Both the position numbers and the translations under genes were made by a program. Shown here one piece after another: positions 33,006-46,444 of a stretch of 64,000 nucleotides of DNA. Where the stretch lies: the NCBI GenBank assembly GCA_039621445.1, contig CP154954.1:11340716-11404715 (forward strand), given 5' to 3'. Source of the stretch: Euglena gracilis. Taxonomy: Eukaryota. Every line of letters begins with the position of its first letter. The first letter of the stretch is position 1. The notes under the pieces are model-generated. The model worked only from the letters and a program-made list of their open reading frames with translations, did no database searches and was not told the origin of the DNA.

Positions 33006-36000
33006 CACAAAGACAAACCCAAAGTGCACAGAAGGAGAAAATAAAGAAATGAAGATGGTTGGTGTTTCGTCGCTTTGTTTACACCCCAACCCCTGAAATT
33101 TTCACTCTTCACACCGTATATTATTGCACTTCCGGTCAATTTTTTGCATTTTATCTCAAAAATGTTTGCGTGCCAATTACTTGTTTGCACTTTACACATA
33201 TGGCATAAAGTGGAGCCCCCACAGTCGAGTGTGGGGTACTGTGGGGGGTAAGTGTGGGAGGTAAGTGTGGGGTGACAGTGGGGGGGAGTGTGGGGTGACA
33301 GTAGGGGGGAGTGTGGGGTGACAGTGGGGGGGAGTCAATCTGGGCTAAATTCTGTCCACCCCTTTCGATCCTAGTGTATTTTATACCGGCCGTCACTGCT
33401 GCACCAGATCACACACCCACGGCCGAAACTCCTCCCGCATGAGAGCGCACCTGCCCCTGAAGGGTTTTGTTCACTTGCCGCTATTTTCTATCTTCGTGTT
33501 CGGAAGATATGGATTTTGTTAATTTGGATCTGGGGGAGGGTCCGCCCCCCCCCCCCCCCAGGACGAGGCCAAAGGCCCAGTGAGTCAAAAAATGACACTC
33601 AAATGTTGGGCCACATGCAGGAATCTGGCAATTTCCTTTTCACACAAAAGGGGAGTGTGGGGGTTAAGTGTGGGGTGACAGTGGGGGGGGGGAGTATGGG
33701 AGGGGGGGCAGGGTTCGATACAAGGAGGGCGTACATGGTTTAGGTGGGGGGGGGGTCCCCCCCACCCCCCCCCCCTCCTGGCCCGCAGGGGGGGGGTCCG
33801 GACCACCCCCCCCCACCTGCAAGGGGGGTCCGGACCGACCCTCGGGGGGTACCCAGGACCCCCCCCCAAAAAAGGGTCAATTTTTTCCTCCGGCGCTTTG
33901 CGCCGAAATTTTTTTTGCATTTTTGGCCAATTTTTGCCCAAAAAGTGCCCAAAATGGCACTTTTGGTCGTTTTGGGGGGTCAAAAATTTTCGGCCCGGCG
34001 CTTTGCGCCGGGCCGAAAATCGGTCACCCTGACCGCGCCACTGTTTAGGTGGGGGGGGTGTCCCCCCCCCCCACCCCCCCCCCCCCCGTCCCGCAGGGGG
34101 GGGGGGGCGGGCCACCCCCCCCCCCTCCTCTCCTTATATCGAACCCCGGGGGGGGGGACCAGCCAGCCAGCCGGCTCTGTACAGATGATTGGCTGCGACA
34201 ATTCTGGAGGTCGGGCCGACCATGAGTGAAAATTTTGTGCTAACCTAGTCGTCTTTCGGTCCTCTGGGTGGGCCCCCCCCCCCCTGCTAATGATAAACTC
34301 CCCCCCCCCCTTTATGTGCTGCCATTTAAGGTTGCCATGACCGAACCCCCCGGGGCATTGGTTTTTGAACAGTGAACTGACTGGTTTTTTGAAAGTGGAA
34401 AGTGACCCCTTGGGGGGGTCACAAAGGAATGCTATGGTTGGAAGCACCAAAACACCACAAAGCACCAAACTTTTGGGTCTGCCGGACCCCACCCTCCCCG
34501 GATGAAGGGGTCCCCCATTTGGTTGGTGGGGGGGGGGGCTGGTCCTCCCACAAGGCCCCAGCTGGGTCCAAAGCAAAACAGAGACAAGAACGTGGCGTGA
34601 GAGGCTCCTCACCAGGGGCTGACGGTTGCCGCAGCATTGTTTCAAGAAAACATCATCTCACATATACCAAAGCAGACGTGAAATGCTCTTTGCCCTGTTT
34701 TTTTTGAATATCTTTTTTCCACCTGTGAGCACCAAGCCCCCCCCTCCCGATAGTGTCCCATGCCCCCTGCCTCAGGACCTGGCCGGCTGGTCCTAAAGGA
34801 ATTTTATTGACCCCCCCCCCCCCGATAGTGTCCCATACCAGGGAGGGGCAAAATATGCACCGTGCAGTTTTTGCAGTTTTTTTTGCAGTTTTCACATTTT
34901 GGGTTTTTTTGCAGCTTTTTTCTGAAAAAACTGCACACGTGCAGTTTTTTTGCAGTTTTTTTTTTGATTTCAGTTTTGAGGAAACCTGAGGTGCTCATTT
35001 TTGGTGCTCTGCGCCTTGTTACGCTGGATTATATTGTTTGAAGGGTGTTTCTCAAGAAAAAGTCTCTCTCAGAAAATCTCTTCATGGGTTGTGTTGTCTA
35101 CAGTAATCCCACCAGTTGTCTTGCCCCCAACTGTTTTGCCAACTGCCTTTTTTGGCACCTCCGTGGGCATGGTTGTCACAAGCTTTGGTGCAGGAAAACC
35201 AGTGTGAACCAGCATCCAAACCAAACACATGATTTGTGTTTCAGTGCATGAAAACCCGTGTACAGTGTACCTTGATTGATTGCTTTCATTTTTATTGTTA
35301 TCAGCTCCAAAGCTGTACAAAAGTTAGGTGAATTGGGGAGCTTGTTTATTGTTATTTCTTGTTGATGTGCAGTTTTTTGCAGTTTTTTTTTGCAGTTTTT
35401 TGCAGTTTTTGACCTGCCCGTGTGCAGTTTTTGCAACCCACCCTGCAAAATATGCTCTGCATATCCCCCCCATGAGACTGTTTTGTCAATTTTTTTTCAG
35501 CAGATTTTGGTCCTTTTTGCTGGACAGTGGGTGTAGACTTGTTTGGTGTTTTGACAGGAAACCTGAGGGCTTGGGGGGGGATGAACAACTTTTTCGGCGC
35601 TGTGGGCTGCCCAGCACTCCTGCAAAAGCTGCTGCCCCCCTCCCCTTCACCTGAACACGACCAAAAATGATATATTTTTCCGCATCTTTTCAGCACAATT
35701 TTCATATATTTCAGCACATATTTTGTGGTCCGGTCCACCTGAGGTCTCCAAAATTTCTTTTTTTCTTTGTGCATTTTATTCTGGGGATTTTTCAGGCCCA
35801 GAGGTGACCACACAGTTTTTATATTTTGAAAAGTCCTCTCTCGTCTGCAGGTTCCAGCCATAGGGTCATTCCACTTTTCGAAAAACCAGTCAGTCACTAC
35901 CCCCCCCCTGGGGGGTCGGCCACTAAATTTGACCAAAAACATGGAAAAAAGGCCAAAATTCTTCCGGCGCCTTCTGCACCGGGTCACTTTAGTGGTTTTT

Positions 36001-38661
36001 TGCCGGCCCCCCCAGGGGGGGGGTCCGGGCCAAAAACCAGTCAAAAACAGTCAGTCACTCCGAAAAAATCAGTCACTCACCCCCCAGGGGGGGTTGGCCA
36101 GTGCTTAAGCAATTGTCTGGTTCCAGTCCAAAAGAAATCTGTTTGGTTGCATTGGTTCAGTTTGCCAATTCCCTCTGTTCCACAAGAGCATTTCCTCATC
36201 ATCATGCGTATAAAAACCAAACCAACCGACACTGTACTTGTACTTTGGTGGGCCATGTTGTCTGCAAATCGGACCCATTGCCTTTCTGTGTTGTTGTCAG
36301 TTTTGTTTCTTCACCTGTTCCGAACTTGAGAAGGGAATGGGGGGCAGGGGCGAACTCAGAATCACCAGAACAATCCAATGATGTCTGAAGAAAACCTTGC
36401 TCCCCTCATAGTTGGCAACCTGTTTTTTTTGGACTTTGTTTTTTTGTTTTTTTTAAATTCTAACAATGTTTTTTTAAAAAAAACAAAAAAAACGCCAACA
36501 AGGTTTTGCTCGGAAAATTTTTTGAATGCATATTTTCAATCATTTTTGGCAAGTTTTGGGGCATTTCTGCCAAATATTTCCTTAAACAAAAAATGAAAAA
36601 AGTCCTACAGTTGCATTTTTTGCATTTTTTGAATGTTTTTGACCATTTTTTTTGGCAATTTTTGAACTTAGTAGGATTCGAAGTATGGTTTGGGTGTTTC
36701 ATAACGAGTTTTTTCAATGAAATTTTCCTTTTGTTTTTTTTGATGTTTTTTTTGGTGTTTTTTTTTAAAACACGTTGTTTTGTTTTTTTAAAAAAAACAA
36801 AAAAAATGCCAAGTATGGCTCCCCTGAATTTGGACAGACCCGAAGCATGTTCCTCACAGAAGAACGACGGAATGCCCAAATTGTGCAAAAATAACAGCAG
36901 AGGACTCTGGAAAGTGAAACAAAAATGAGGGTTTCAGCAATGATCCCCGCAAGCTTTCAGTAAGGTTCCATCCTCCCCTCTCACCCCCCCTGTTCTTCTC
37001 AGTCTTTCCTCCTTTTCTTTTCTTTGCACAAGGAATCAGGTCCATTGTGGGCACATTCACCCCCGTCAAGCAGCGACATGCACCATCCATAGCGCACAGG
37101 ATTACGGAAGCGGAATGCAATCCCTTCCGTCCCTTCGCTCTCATTTTGCACGCGACAAAAGTGGGAGTTCAGGGAACCCCCAGGACGACTGGATCTCCCC
37201 TGGCATGTCTTATTGTCTTTCTTCTCTTCTGGTCCACGTTTGTGTTTGCAAAAATGTGCCATTGATGGGCTGGCTCATTGCGGGAAATTGGTGATGGATT
37301 TTTGGTGGTAGCGACTAGTCGCTAGCGACCATTGGTGGTCGGGTCGACCACCAATAATAACTCCACCCCCCCCCTCTAAAGAAATTTTTAAGCCCCCCCC
37401 CCAAATTTTTCAATCAAATGTGAAGGAAAATGACTCAAAACCCACCCAAATGCCTTCCAAAACCTCCATTTGAGGGTTAATGTGCAATGTGTGAAGGCAA
37501 GGATGGCCGAGTTGGGCTGGCTCAAGAAGAATTCAAGATAATTCATGGTTTTCGACATGGGATTTGAAGAACTCAAGCAAACACCTGAATTTTCCCACTC
37601 AGGGTTTTTGCTGTCGAGTGTGAAGTTCGGCTCCCAGTCGCCCTGCTTCATCTTTTGTATATTTCGCTGTGTATTTGTCCAGTCAGCGATTCGGGCCCAA
37701 ATGGGATCTCATCCAATGTTCAGGAAATGAACTCTGGATACAGGTGTTGCGCATCTGAATCTACCCCAGGTGATTGCACCGGATCGGACCCAGCCGGTGC
37801 AAAAGGGTATATTTGAGCCATCGACTGCAGTCATTTGAATGTGTTGGGACGGGGAACTTTTTTTTTGCTTCAGGACCGCCCAGGATGGATGTAAAATACT
37901 TGTGCAAAGTGATGGACTTGCCGCAATCAATTTGTGTTGGGACTTGGTGTCGTGCAAGGATGGATGGGTGTGGCCCGCCTATCTCATGCCTTGATTCATA
38001 TGAGATCAGTGGGAATCTCAGTTCCCCCCATCATATTCCATGGATGCCCGCCTGGCATTATGGATTGTCACCCCATTTTGGGGACAGAACACCATATGCA
38101 CTCATCAGGCTTCATTATTTCATTACCAAAGTTACACATTAGATGGAATCATTGCCATCAGGGATTTCCAAATTAATAGCAATCAGGGCTGGCCAAAACG
38201 CATTTTGAGGTCAAAAACTGATGTGTTTTTTTTGCATAAGGACCCACCTATGGAGCCCAAAATTTCATTTTCGGTCATTTTCGGCCATTTTCGGCCATTT
38301 TTACTACAGGTGCTTGGCCGTAAAGCCCCCGCCAAGGGGGGGGGGAGAAATTGCACATCGGGAGGTCGAAAATTGCAGTACAAAAAATTGCACAACATTG
38401 CACACAGCAGAAAAGCCATACCAGAACCAGAAAAGCTGCATATTCTGCCAGTTTACCCAGTCGGTTCGCCCAAAAAGTTGCAACCCAACCAGCCGTGGCA
38501 ATATGCGATGGCACTACTTACGTCATTCATCCTGAATTTGTTCATCATCCAGCGGAAAAACACCACAATTCATACTTAGAAATTACCAAGGCACAAAATA
38601 TGAACCTGTTTGTAGACGCCTATTGCTCCTTTGCCAATTGGCCGATTGGGTTTGAAAACTG

Positions 38662-38668
38662 AGTAGTA

Positions 38669-38718
<50 letters not shown>

Positions 38719-38734
38719 AAGTAGTAGTAGTAGT
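38662..38734. repeat. (TAG)n microsatellite
   Basis: Direct inspection. Confidence 0.95.
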
Positions 38735-40541
38735 AAACCAACGATAACAGCCTTTGAACGGAAATTTTCACTGCACAAATCAGTTTCCCAGCAAAAAAAC
38801 CCCCGGTAAGTTCTCAATTTGCATCAAAAACTGACATATTCCAAAGCAAAATGTCCCGGGCCATGCGCAACTGATTGCACAAAATGTAGATGTGCAAAAA
38901 TTGCACATTTTGGGAAAATCCAAAATTGCAAAAAATTCACCGTGCAATTTTTCCCCCTTCCCCCCCCCCCCCCCCCCGGGAAAATGAGCTGTTGAAAAGT
39001 TTCTAAAAAAAAACCGAAACTGCCCCGAAAACCACCAATGTTAAATGGCCGAAAATGGCCGAAAATGAGAAAAAAATTGGTGCAAATTTTTTTCGAGTTT
39101 TTTTGCCTGACAGTTTCTTTTTTTCTGGCAACTTATTCTTGTCTCTGTGCAGCTTCTCTGCTTTTGTTATTATGCCTGGCCCTACAACACATGCTGCTCA
39201 AAGAAACACCTCCGAAAGGGTTATTTGGAGATTTGTGGAGAAATCTTAATTTAATTCTTCAAAATATACAAAAAAAATTGCCGGCATCGCCCTTGTCTCC
39301 AAAATTTTCTGAAATGCCATCAAAACATTCAGCCTTGGCCCTGATGGTTTTGATGACATTTCAGAATTGTGGTGACAAGGTGCAACCAGGCAAAGTATGG
39401 GAAGCGTTTTTTTTCTCTGTCAAAGGTGTGATTCCTGCGTTAGGTTTATTGCACACAAGTGGATTGGATCTAACAGTGCCACCATCAAACAATGTTGCTT
39501 GGAGTATCATTGTTGGAAAAGCTGGAATAGGTGAGGGGAAGTTGTTTGTGAAAAGCATCCACGCCAAGAGGCTTGAAGAGGAAAGCACCAGTTTTGGTGT
39601 TGCCACCCACCATTGTGGTTAATATGTCATGTGCCAACCGCTCTCATGAAGTGTCCCAAGAACCCCCAGCAAAAAAAGCGAAATTTGGTAACCCAGACCG
39701 CGCAATTGTTTAGGTGGGGGGTGTCCCCCCCCCACCCCCCCTCCTGGCCCGCAGGGGGGGGCTCCGGACCACCCCCCCCACCTGTCCTTATATCGAACCC
39801 TGCTGTACCCCCCCCCTGCATTCAAGTCCAAATTGTGCTCAGTGGAAATCTTTGTGGACCCCCCAGGAGAGGTCCAGGGTTCGATGTAAGGAGGGCGTAC
39901 AGGGTTTGGTGGGGGGGGGGGCTGCCGCCCACCCGGACCCCCCACCAAAATAACAAAATCCCCTTGCGTGTGCAAGGCAAGGATGGCCAAAACGCACCCC
40001 CTGATGAACTTAGTCGGCCTTCGAATTTAGGTGTCTGGCAGGTGAAATAGCCCCTCTGCACGTTATACAGGGTTTGGCCAAGGATTTGGATGCTTCTGAA
40101 ATGGATAACCATGGAGGTCGTTCCTACCGACCACATGGTCGGCTCGACCTCCAATATGGTCGGAAACAAACAGGTTGGGCCGACCATGGTCGGCCCGACC
40201 TACAGTCAAAAGTCCTTTGAAAAAGGGGGGGTAATGCGGTTCATTGGCTGTATTTATCGACCTCCAGAGGTCGGCCCGACCTCCGGGATCGTCATAGCCA
40301 ATCACCCGGGGCCTCCCCCCAACGGGGAGGGGGGTTCAGACCACCCCCCTCCGGTGTGAAGATTTTTTTTCTTCCTTGGCGCTTTGCGCTTTGTGCCGGC
40401 AGACTTTCTTCATCACCTGTTTTTTTGTCAAATTGGAGAAAATCATCACCTGAAAACACAATTTTGGGCTCTAGAGGAAGCCCCTCAAAATTTTTTCGGC
40501 GCTTTGCGCCATTCTTTTTTTCACCCAGAGGGGGTCGACAC

Positions 40542-41852
40542 CAGGCAATTGCTTAAGCACTGACCGCCCCCCCCCCCCCCCCCCGGGGGGGGTGGGTGAC
40601 TGGTTTTTTCAGAGTGACTGACTGGTTTTTGGCCCGGACCCCCTCCCCCCCCCCCCCGGGGGGGGGTCGGCCAGGAGTGGGCAAAAGTGGCTTGAGTGAC
40701 CCCGGCGCCGAAGGCGCCGGAAAATTTTTTTTTGGCCTAAAATGGCCTAAAGTGACTGGAAAGTGGCCGTTTTTCTGAGTGGCCGACCCCCCCCCCCCCC
40801 GGGGGGGGGGGAGTGACCAGGCACCTATGGCCGACCAGGGCCGACCAGGGCCGACCAGGGCCGACTATGAGTTTCAGGACCCCCGTAGGTGGGGGTTCCG
40901 ACCAGGGCCGACCAGGGCCGACCAGGGCCGACTTGCATGTGGTTGGCCGACGGAAGGGGAATGGATGAAGGAATTCAGCAGCTTTCCCTCTGGACCAAGC
41001 ACCTCTGATGATGCTGGGCGATGCTTGGCCCGGCAGCATCGACCGCAGGTTACCGCAGCCGACCGCAGCCGACCGCAGCCGACCGCAGCCGACCGCGCAA
41101 CTTTTTTCTAATTGATGTCAATTTTTCAGTGAGAATGAGGAATTAGGCTCATTTTTATCCCAGATTTTGAGTTTTTTCTGGCTCGTCTGGCTCTTGTTGT
41201 CACTTTTGGCTGCTTTTGGTCGCTTTTGGCCATTTTAGGTCGCTTTTGTCCCCTTTTGGCCCATTTGTCACCATAATTCACCAATTTTGACTTATTTTGA
41301 CCATTTTTGGCCATTTTTTGCGCACTTCTTGTAATTTTGGGCCATTTTGTCCTGCTCTTGGGCCATTTTTGACCATTTAAAGCCATTTTCGACGTTGTTT
41401 TGTTATTTTGCCCATTTTTTTGGTCTCTTTTTGGTCCAATTTGACCATTTTTGAGCATTTTGCGCCAGGTGCAGCTTCTGGATTTGCAAAAACAGTGGCC
41501 AAAACAGTTTTTCTTTGGCCTTTGCCCATTTTTGGCCATTTTTAACCATTTTCAGCCGACCGCAGTCACTGATTTGGCAAATATTGGGCTAATTTGGGTC
41601 AATATGAGCATATTTTATGGCATTTTGCCCATTTTGTGCCCTTTCGGTTATTTTGGGTCATTTTTCGCAATCTTTTTTTCTGTGACGGATTCCCCCACCT
41701 ATGGCCGACTATTTGCCGACCAGGGCCGACCAGGGCCGACCAGAGCACCAAAATGGGAAGTGACCATAGGTGCCTGGTAGTGACTGGCTGGTTTTTTGTG
41801 GAGTGGCCCCCCCCCCCCCCCCCCCCCCCCGGGGTCGGTAAGCAATTGTATG
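40542..41852. mobile_element. hAT-like MITE (8-bp TSD) with a second MITE nested at 40818-41776
   Basis: TSD GTCGACAC at 40534-40541 and 41853-41860. Inner TIRs CAGGCACCTATGG / CCATAGGTGCCTG with a 7/8 TSD. A related uninterrupted copy is at 43302-43641. Confidence 0.78.
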
Positions 41853-41904
41853 GTCGACACCACTTAATATCCTGGTGGGGTCGACCACCCCCGGGGGTCC
41901 CCCC

Positions 41905-42214
41905 CAGGCTGTATTTTAATCGGGTGCCGACCCCACCCCGGGGGGGGGGGTGCCTGCCTGGGCAGGCACCCCAAGGCACTCCAAATCCGCCCCCCCCCCC
42001 GGGGGGGGGGGGGGTAGGGCACACGGCCAAAAGTGCCCTAGCACAACCCCGGCGCCGAAGGCGCCGGGGAGCCAAAAATGGCCTATTTTCAAAGGAATGT
42101 GCCCGGGCACAGGCCGAAATCCGACCCCCCCCCCGGGGGGGGTAGTGCCTGCCTGGGCAGGCACTCACAGGCACTCCGGACCCCCCCCCCCCGGGGTTGG
42201 TAAAAAACAGCCTG
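41905..42214. mobile_element. hAT-like MITE, same family as 30159-30376
   Basis: TSD GTCCCCCC on both sides; CAGGCTGT...ACAGCCTG ends. Confidence 0.8.
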
Positions 42215-43864
42215 GTCCCCCCCCGCATTTCCGGTGGCACCGATTTTTAGGCCAGAATTTTCTTTCGGTGCCTTTGGCACCGAAGGAGTTTCTTTGAGCG
42301 GGCACCATGGTGTGGGGGTGGGCTTCCCACACAGCTTTGACCCCAGTGTCTTTGAGCAAAAGCCTGGTTGTGTCCCAAGAACATGGTGCAAGAATCTCCT
42401 TTTCTGTTTCTTTTCCCCCATGGACGGGATTTTGAAGATACTTTGGATTTACGTCCCCCCCCCCTGTTGAGGCCACATGCACTCCACAGCTCCAACCCCC
42501 CCCCCACCTCGTCAATTGGCCAATTTCAGCCTGGTTCCATCGCCTGACTGAGTTGGGAGAATGCAAATGAGGCCTGAGTCTGACCCCAAGAATTGCAGTC
42601 GTTCATAGCTGTTGGCAGTGCCATATGCTATGGAATCAGCGAGAACAGCGTTGCCGAATATCCGCCGCTGTTTGCCCTCCAGCTTTGCAAAGCTTTGCCA
42701 CGCCATAAAAGATTCAAGGTGTTTTGCTGTTTCAATTTCCATTTTTTGCTGTTTTCAATTTCCACTCTTATGTAACATGCTCACCATGTTTGACTCCGCC
42801 CCTCGGGACTGGCTTTTGCGGGGGTGGGTCAGTCAGAGGAAATGGCAAGAAGTGTCCAGAACAGACAATCGCTTCAGCACCGGCGGGGGGGCTGGTTTTT
42901 TTCAGAGTGACTGGCTGGTTTTTTGGCCCAGACCCCCCCTCCCCGGGGGTCGACCAGGGGTGGGGAAAAGCTTGCTGGTGCCGGGGGGGGATTTTTTTTG
43001 CCCAAAGTGACCGGAGCACACAATTTTTTACTGCCCCCCCCCCCAGGGGTCACTCCACATTTTTTTTTAAAACCAGTCAGTCAATTATTTTCGGAAACCA
43101 GCCAGCCACTAACCCCCACCCAAGGGGGGGAATCAGCCACTCAGAAAAAACGGCCACTTTGGGCCACTGGCCAAAAAAAATTTCCGGCGCCGGGGCCACT
43201 TTTGCCCACTCCTGGCGGAATCCCCCCGCCCCCCCGGGGGGGGGGGCGGAGTCCGGGCCAAAACCAGCCAGCCAGTTGGGGGAAAAAACCTATCACCCCA
43301 CCAGGAAATTGCTTAAGAACTGACCGACCCCCCCCCGGGGGGGTGGGCGACTGGTTTTTTCAGAGTGACTGACTGGTTTTTGGCCCGGACCCCCTCCTCC
43401 CCCCCGGGGGGGTCGGCCAGGAGTGGGCAAAAGTGGCTTGAGTGACCCCGGCGCCGAAGGCGCCGGAAAATTTTTTTGGCCTAAAGTGACTGGAAAGTGG
43501 CCGTTTTTCTGAGTGGCCGACCCCCCCCCCGGGGGGGTAGTGACTGGCTGGTTTTTTTGAAAATGAGTGAGTGACTGGTTTTTTTAAAAAGTGGAGTGAC
43601 CCCCCCTCTCTCCCCCCCGGGGGTCGGTAAGCAATTGTATGCACCCCGCTCGCCCCCCCCCAGGGGGGTCGGCCAGTGCTTAGTACAACCCACAGTGGGC
43701 CTTTTCGCACCCCTAAGCCGAAACGGCTTATAGGTAACCGCGATAAGCGGTGACCTTTTGCGCGCTCTCGGGTTTTTGGGTTGCGCCGCTTTGGAGAAAA
43801 GAGATCCGTGCTCTGGAGAGCAGAACCCGATCAGGACTGTGTCCGAATTGACCGGACCGGAGGG

Positions 43865-43962
43865 TCGTACTCCCTCGAGGGAAAAAAACGACTAGGGAGG
43901 AAGAGACACCGAGGGCAAAGCACAAGACCTTGTGAGGCCATGCCTTGCTCGCCCGAGGTGTC
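43865..43962 (-). mobile_element. 98-bp DIRS remnant consisting only of fused left and right termini
   Basis: Minus strand begins GACACCTCGGGC (left end of the DIRS at 46445/56514) and continues directly into GAGCAAGGCATGGCCTCACAAGG...GGGAGTACGA (right end). Confidence 0.85.
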
Positions 43963-46444
43963 TGACCGACCCTTCGGGGGTGGTTAAAAATTGTATGGTC
44001 CAGAAAGTCGCCAAAATTTTTTTGGGGTTTGTGAAAAATCCCCCCTGTTGACCCAAAAGTGGGCAACAGCCAGCTTTGCGGCAGGCCTGCGCACGAAAGA
44101 CGCAGGCAAACACTGAAACTTCCCCGAGTGGCAGGTGGTGCGCAGATGGTTCAGGCAGACAGCATTCCCGGACCATCCCCTCCCCTTTTGGTCGGCCCTG
44201 GTCGGCCCTGGTCGGCAAATAGTCGGCCGTAGGTGGAAAAAATGTGCAGGGATGCAATGATTTTCTGAATTGTCTCGCCAAGATCAAAAGGAAATGCCCC
44301 ATAAGGCCTGCATTGGTTGGCTCCCAAAAAGCAACCAAAATGACCAAAAATGGCTTGAAACAAAAATTTCCCAAAAACGCCAACAAAATACACAAAAGAC
44401 TTTGAAAATGACCCAAAATTACCAAAAGAGCGCAAAATGGCCAAAAAAAATACCATAAAAAAGGCCATATTGGCCCAAATTAGCCGAATATTTGCCAAAT
44501 CAGTGACAAATAGCCCCCAAATAAGCAAAAACTGATCCATAACGGCCAAAGTTGGTGTAAAACTGGCGATTTGTGAGAAAATTATCTAAAAATGGGTTTA
44601 GTCCTTCAAAATATACGAAAAAAATACCGGCATCACCCAGCATCGCCCAGCATCGGAACCCCACCTGGACTCCAAAAATCGGCATCACCCAGCATCGCCC
44701 AGCATCATCAGAGGTGCTTTATCCAGGGGGGAAGCTGCCGAATTCCTTCATCCATTCCCCTTCGGTCGGCCAACCAAATGCAAGTCGGCCCTAGTCGGAA
44801 CCCCCACCTACGGGGGTACTGAAAATCATAGTCGCCCCCTGGTCGGCCGTGGGTGCCTGTCGGTGTCCCCTCCTCCCTTTTCGGTTTGCCTCGAGGGCCT
44901 TTTGGGCCGAATTTAGCCGGCGGTGGTTGGCCCAAATTGCCCCTGCGGTCCCCCCCCAGTCTATGTGAAGTGGTGAAGTGGTGGAAACCAAAATACCCAG
45001 CAGACAAATATGCGACGGCCATTTTTTCCCATTCTGCTCGGCGAGCTTGCGGTGTAAACCGGGGACCCGCCAGCCTCCCCAATATCCTCACCAGTCTGTG
45101 CCCCCCCCCATTTTCCAGGAGGTCCCGAACAGACATTCATTTAGTGTGGTTCACAAAAGACGTGTGAACCACAAATTTTTTTCTGGTGTCCACAGGTGAA
45201 CCACAAATTTTTTTTTGGTGTCCACAGGTGAACCACAAAAAAATTTCTGGTGTCCACAGGTGAACCACAAAAATTTTTGTGGTGTCCACAAAAAAATTTG
45301 TGGGCCACAAAAATTGATTGAGGATCGAAAAAAAATTACACCTAAAGGCGGATTGATCTTTAGACACCTCAGCCACTTTCGGGGCCTACGGCAGCAGAAA
45401 AAAACGCTTTTTTTTGTCGGTTCCTACTGTTCATGTATTTCTTGGTTTGATTTGATTGGTTTTGTGGATTACTAGAATTCGAAAGTAAATTGGCCTTCTT
45501 AGGTCTGTTTTCGACTGTATAGGTGAAATCAGAACCTCTTCAAAAAAAATGAAAACTATGACCCTTTTTTGGAAGTGGCCTCTTCTGTTTTTAGAGCACC
45601 AGAATTTTTGGTCAACTCACGCCGCCTGAGTCAAACATGTTCTATAAGAAAAATCGTGATTGAACCCCGATTTTGGCTTAAAAACGTTACCCAAATTCAC
45701 GGGCTTCCCCACAGTACCTAGCGGTTCCTAACGAGATCCCTATCAGCCAAAAATCGCGTTTTTAGCATTCACTAGTGAACTTTGGGCATTCACTAGTGCG
45801 CTATAGTGCACTAGTGAATGGCCACTTTTGATCATTAGTGCCCACGTGTGAAGGGAACATATCACTAGTGCGCACGTGTTCTCTGGTGATTGGAATCCGA
45901 ATTTTTTTATTATGTTTTTTTACCCTCCAATCTTTTTCCCTCACAGTCCAATGAAGCGTTTTGCCAACGTGATGGAAGCTCAGATGCCCCACCCCCCAAA
46001 TGTAGATGATTTTTTGACTGTCTTACGTGGTGCTGGGTCCCTGGGAGCCACAGTAGTGGATGCCCTTTTGGGCTCCCTCCCCACCGGTGGTGAAAATGAA
46101 GCCCTAGGCCCAAGAACCATGCTGCGTTGAAATGTTTTTTGGAGTACATTGATGTTTGCAACCGGCATGGCGTTATTTTTGCCTCTTTGGAAGAAGTTTT
46201 GGTGGGATGGGCCAGATGGTGCATTGATGCTTGCGAACTTTTTAAAACGCAGCAGGAAGCTGATGCCTGGGCCAAAACAAGGCAGGAGAAGGCTGGAAAA
46301 GATGGCCGCCTTCGATTCATGCCAGTGTCCAGTTTTCAGACATATTTAAATGCTGTGAGCAACATTTACTATAAGAAAAATCGGGGTTCAATCACGTTTC
46401 CCGGTGCGGAAACGGGGGGCGCCGAAAGGCGTGGGTTTGTTCGG

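Noticed and set aside
35000-39620. Unique-looking stretches between MITEs as decayed genes
   Set aside because: Multiple stops and no recognisable motifs or supportable splice structure; left unannotated.
42512-42742. Possible YR N-terminal fragment on the minus strand (LADSIAYGTANSYE)
   Set aside because: No catalytic motifs could be recovered nearby; too weak to call.
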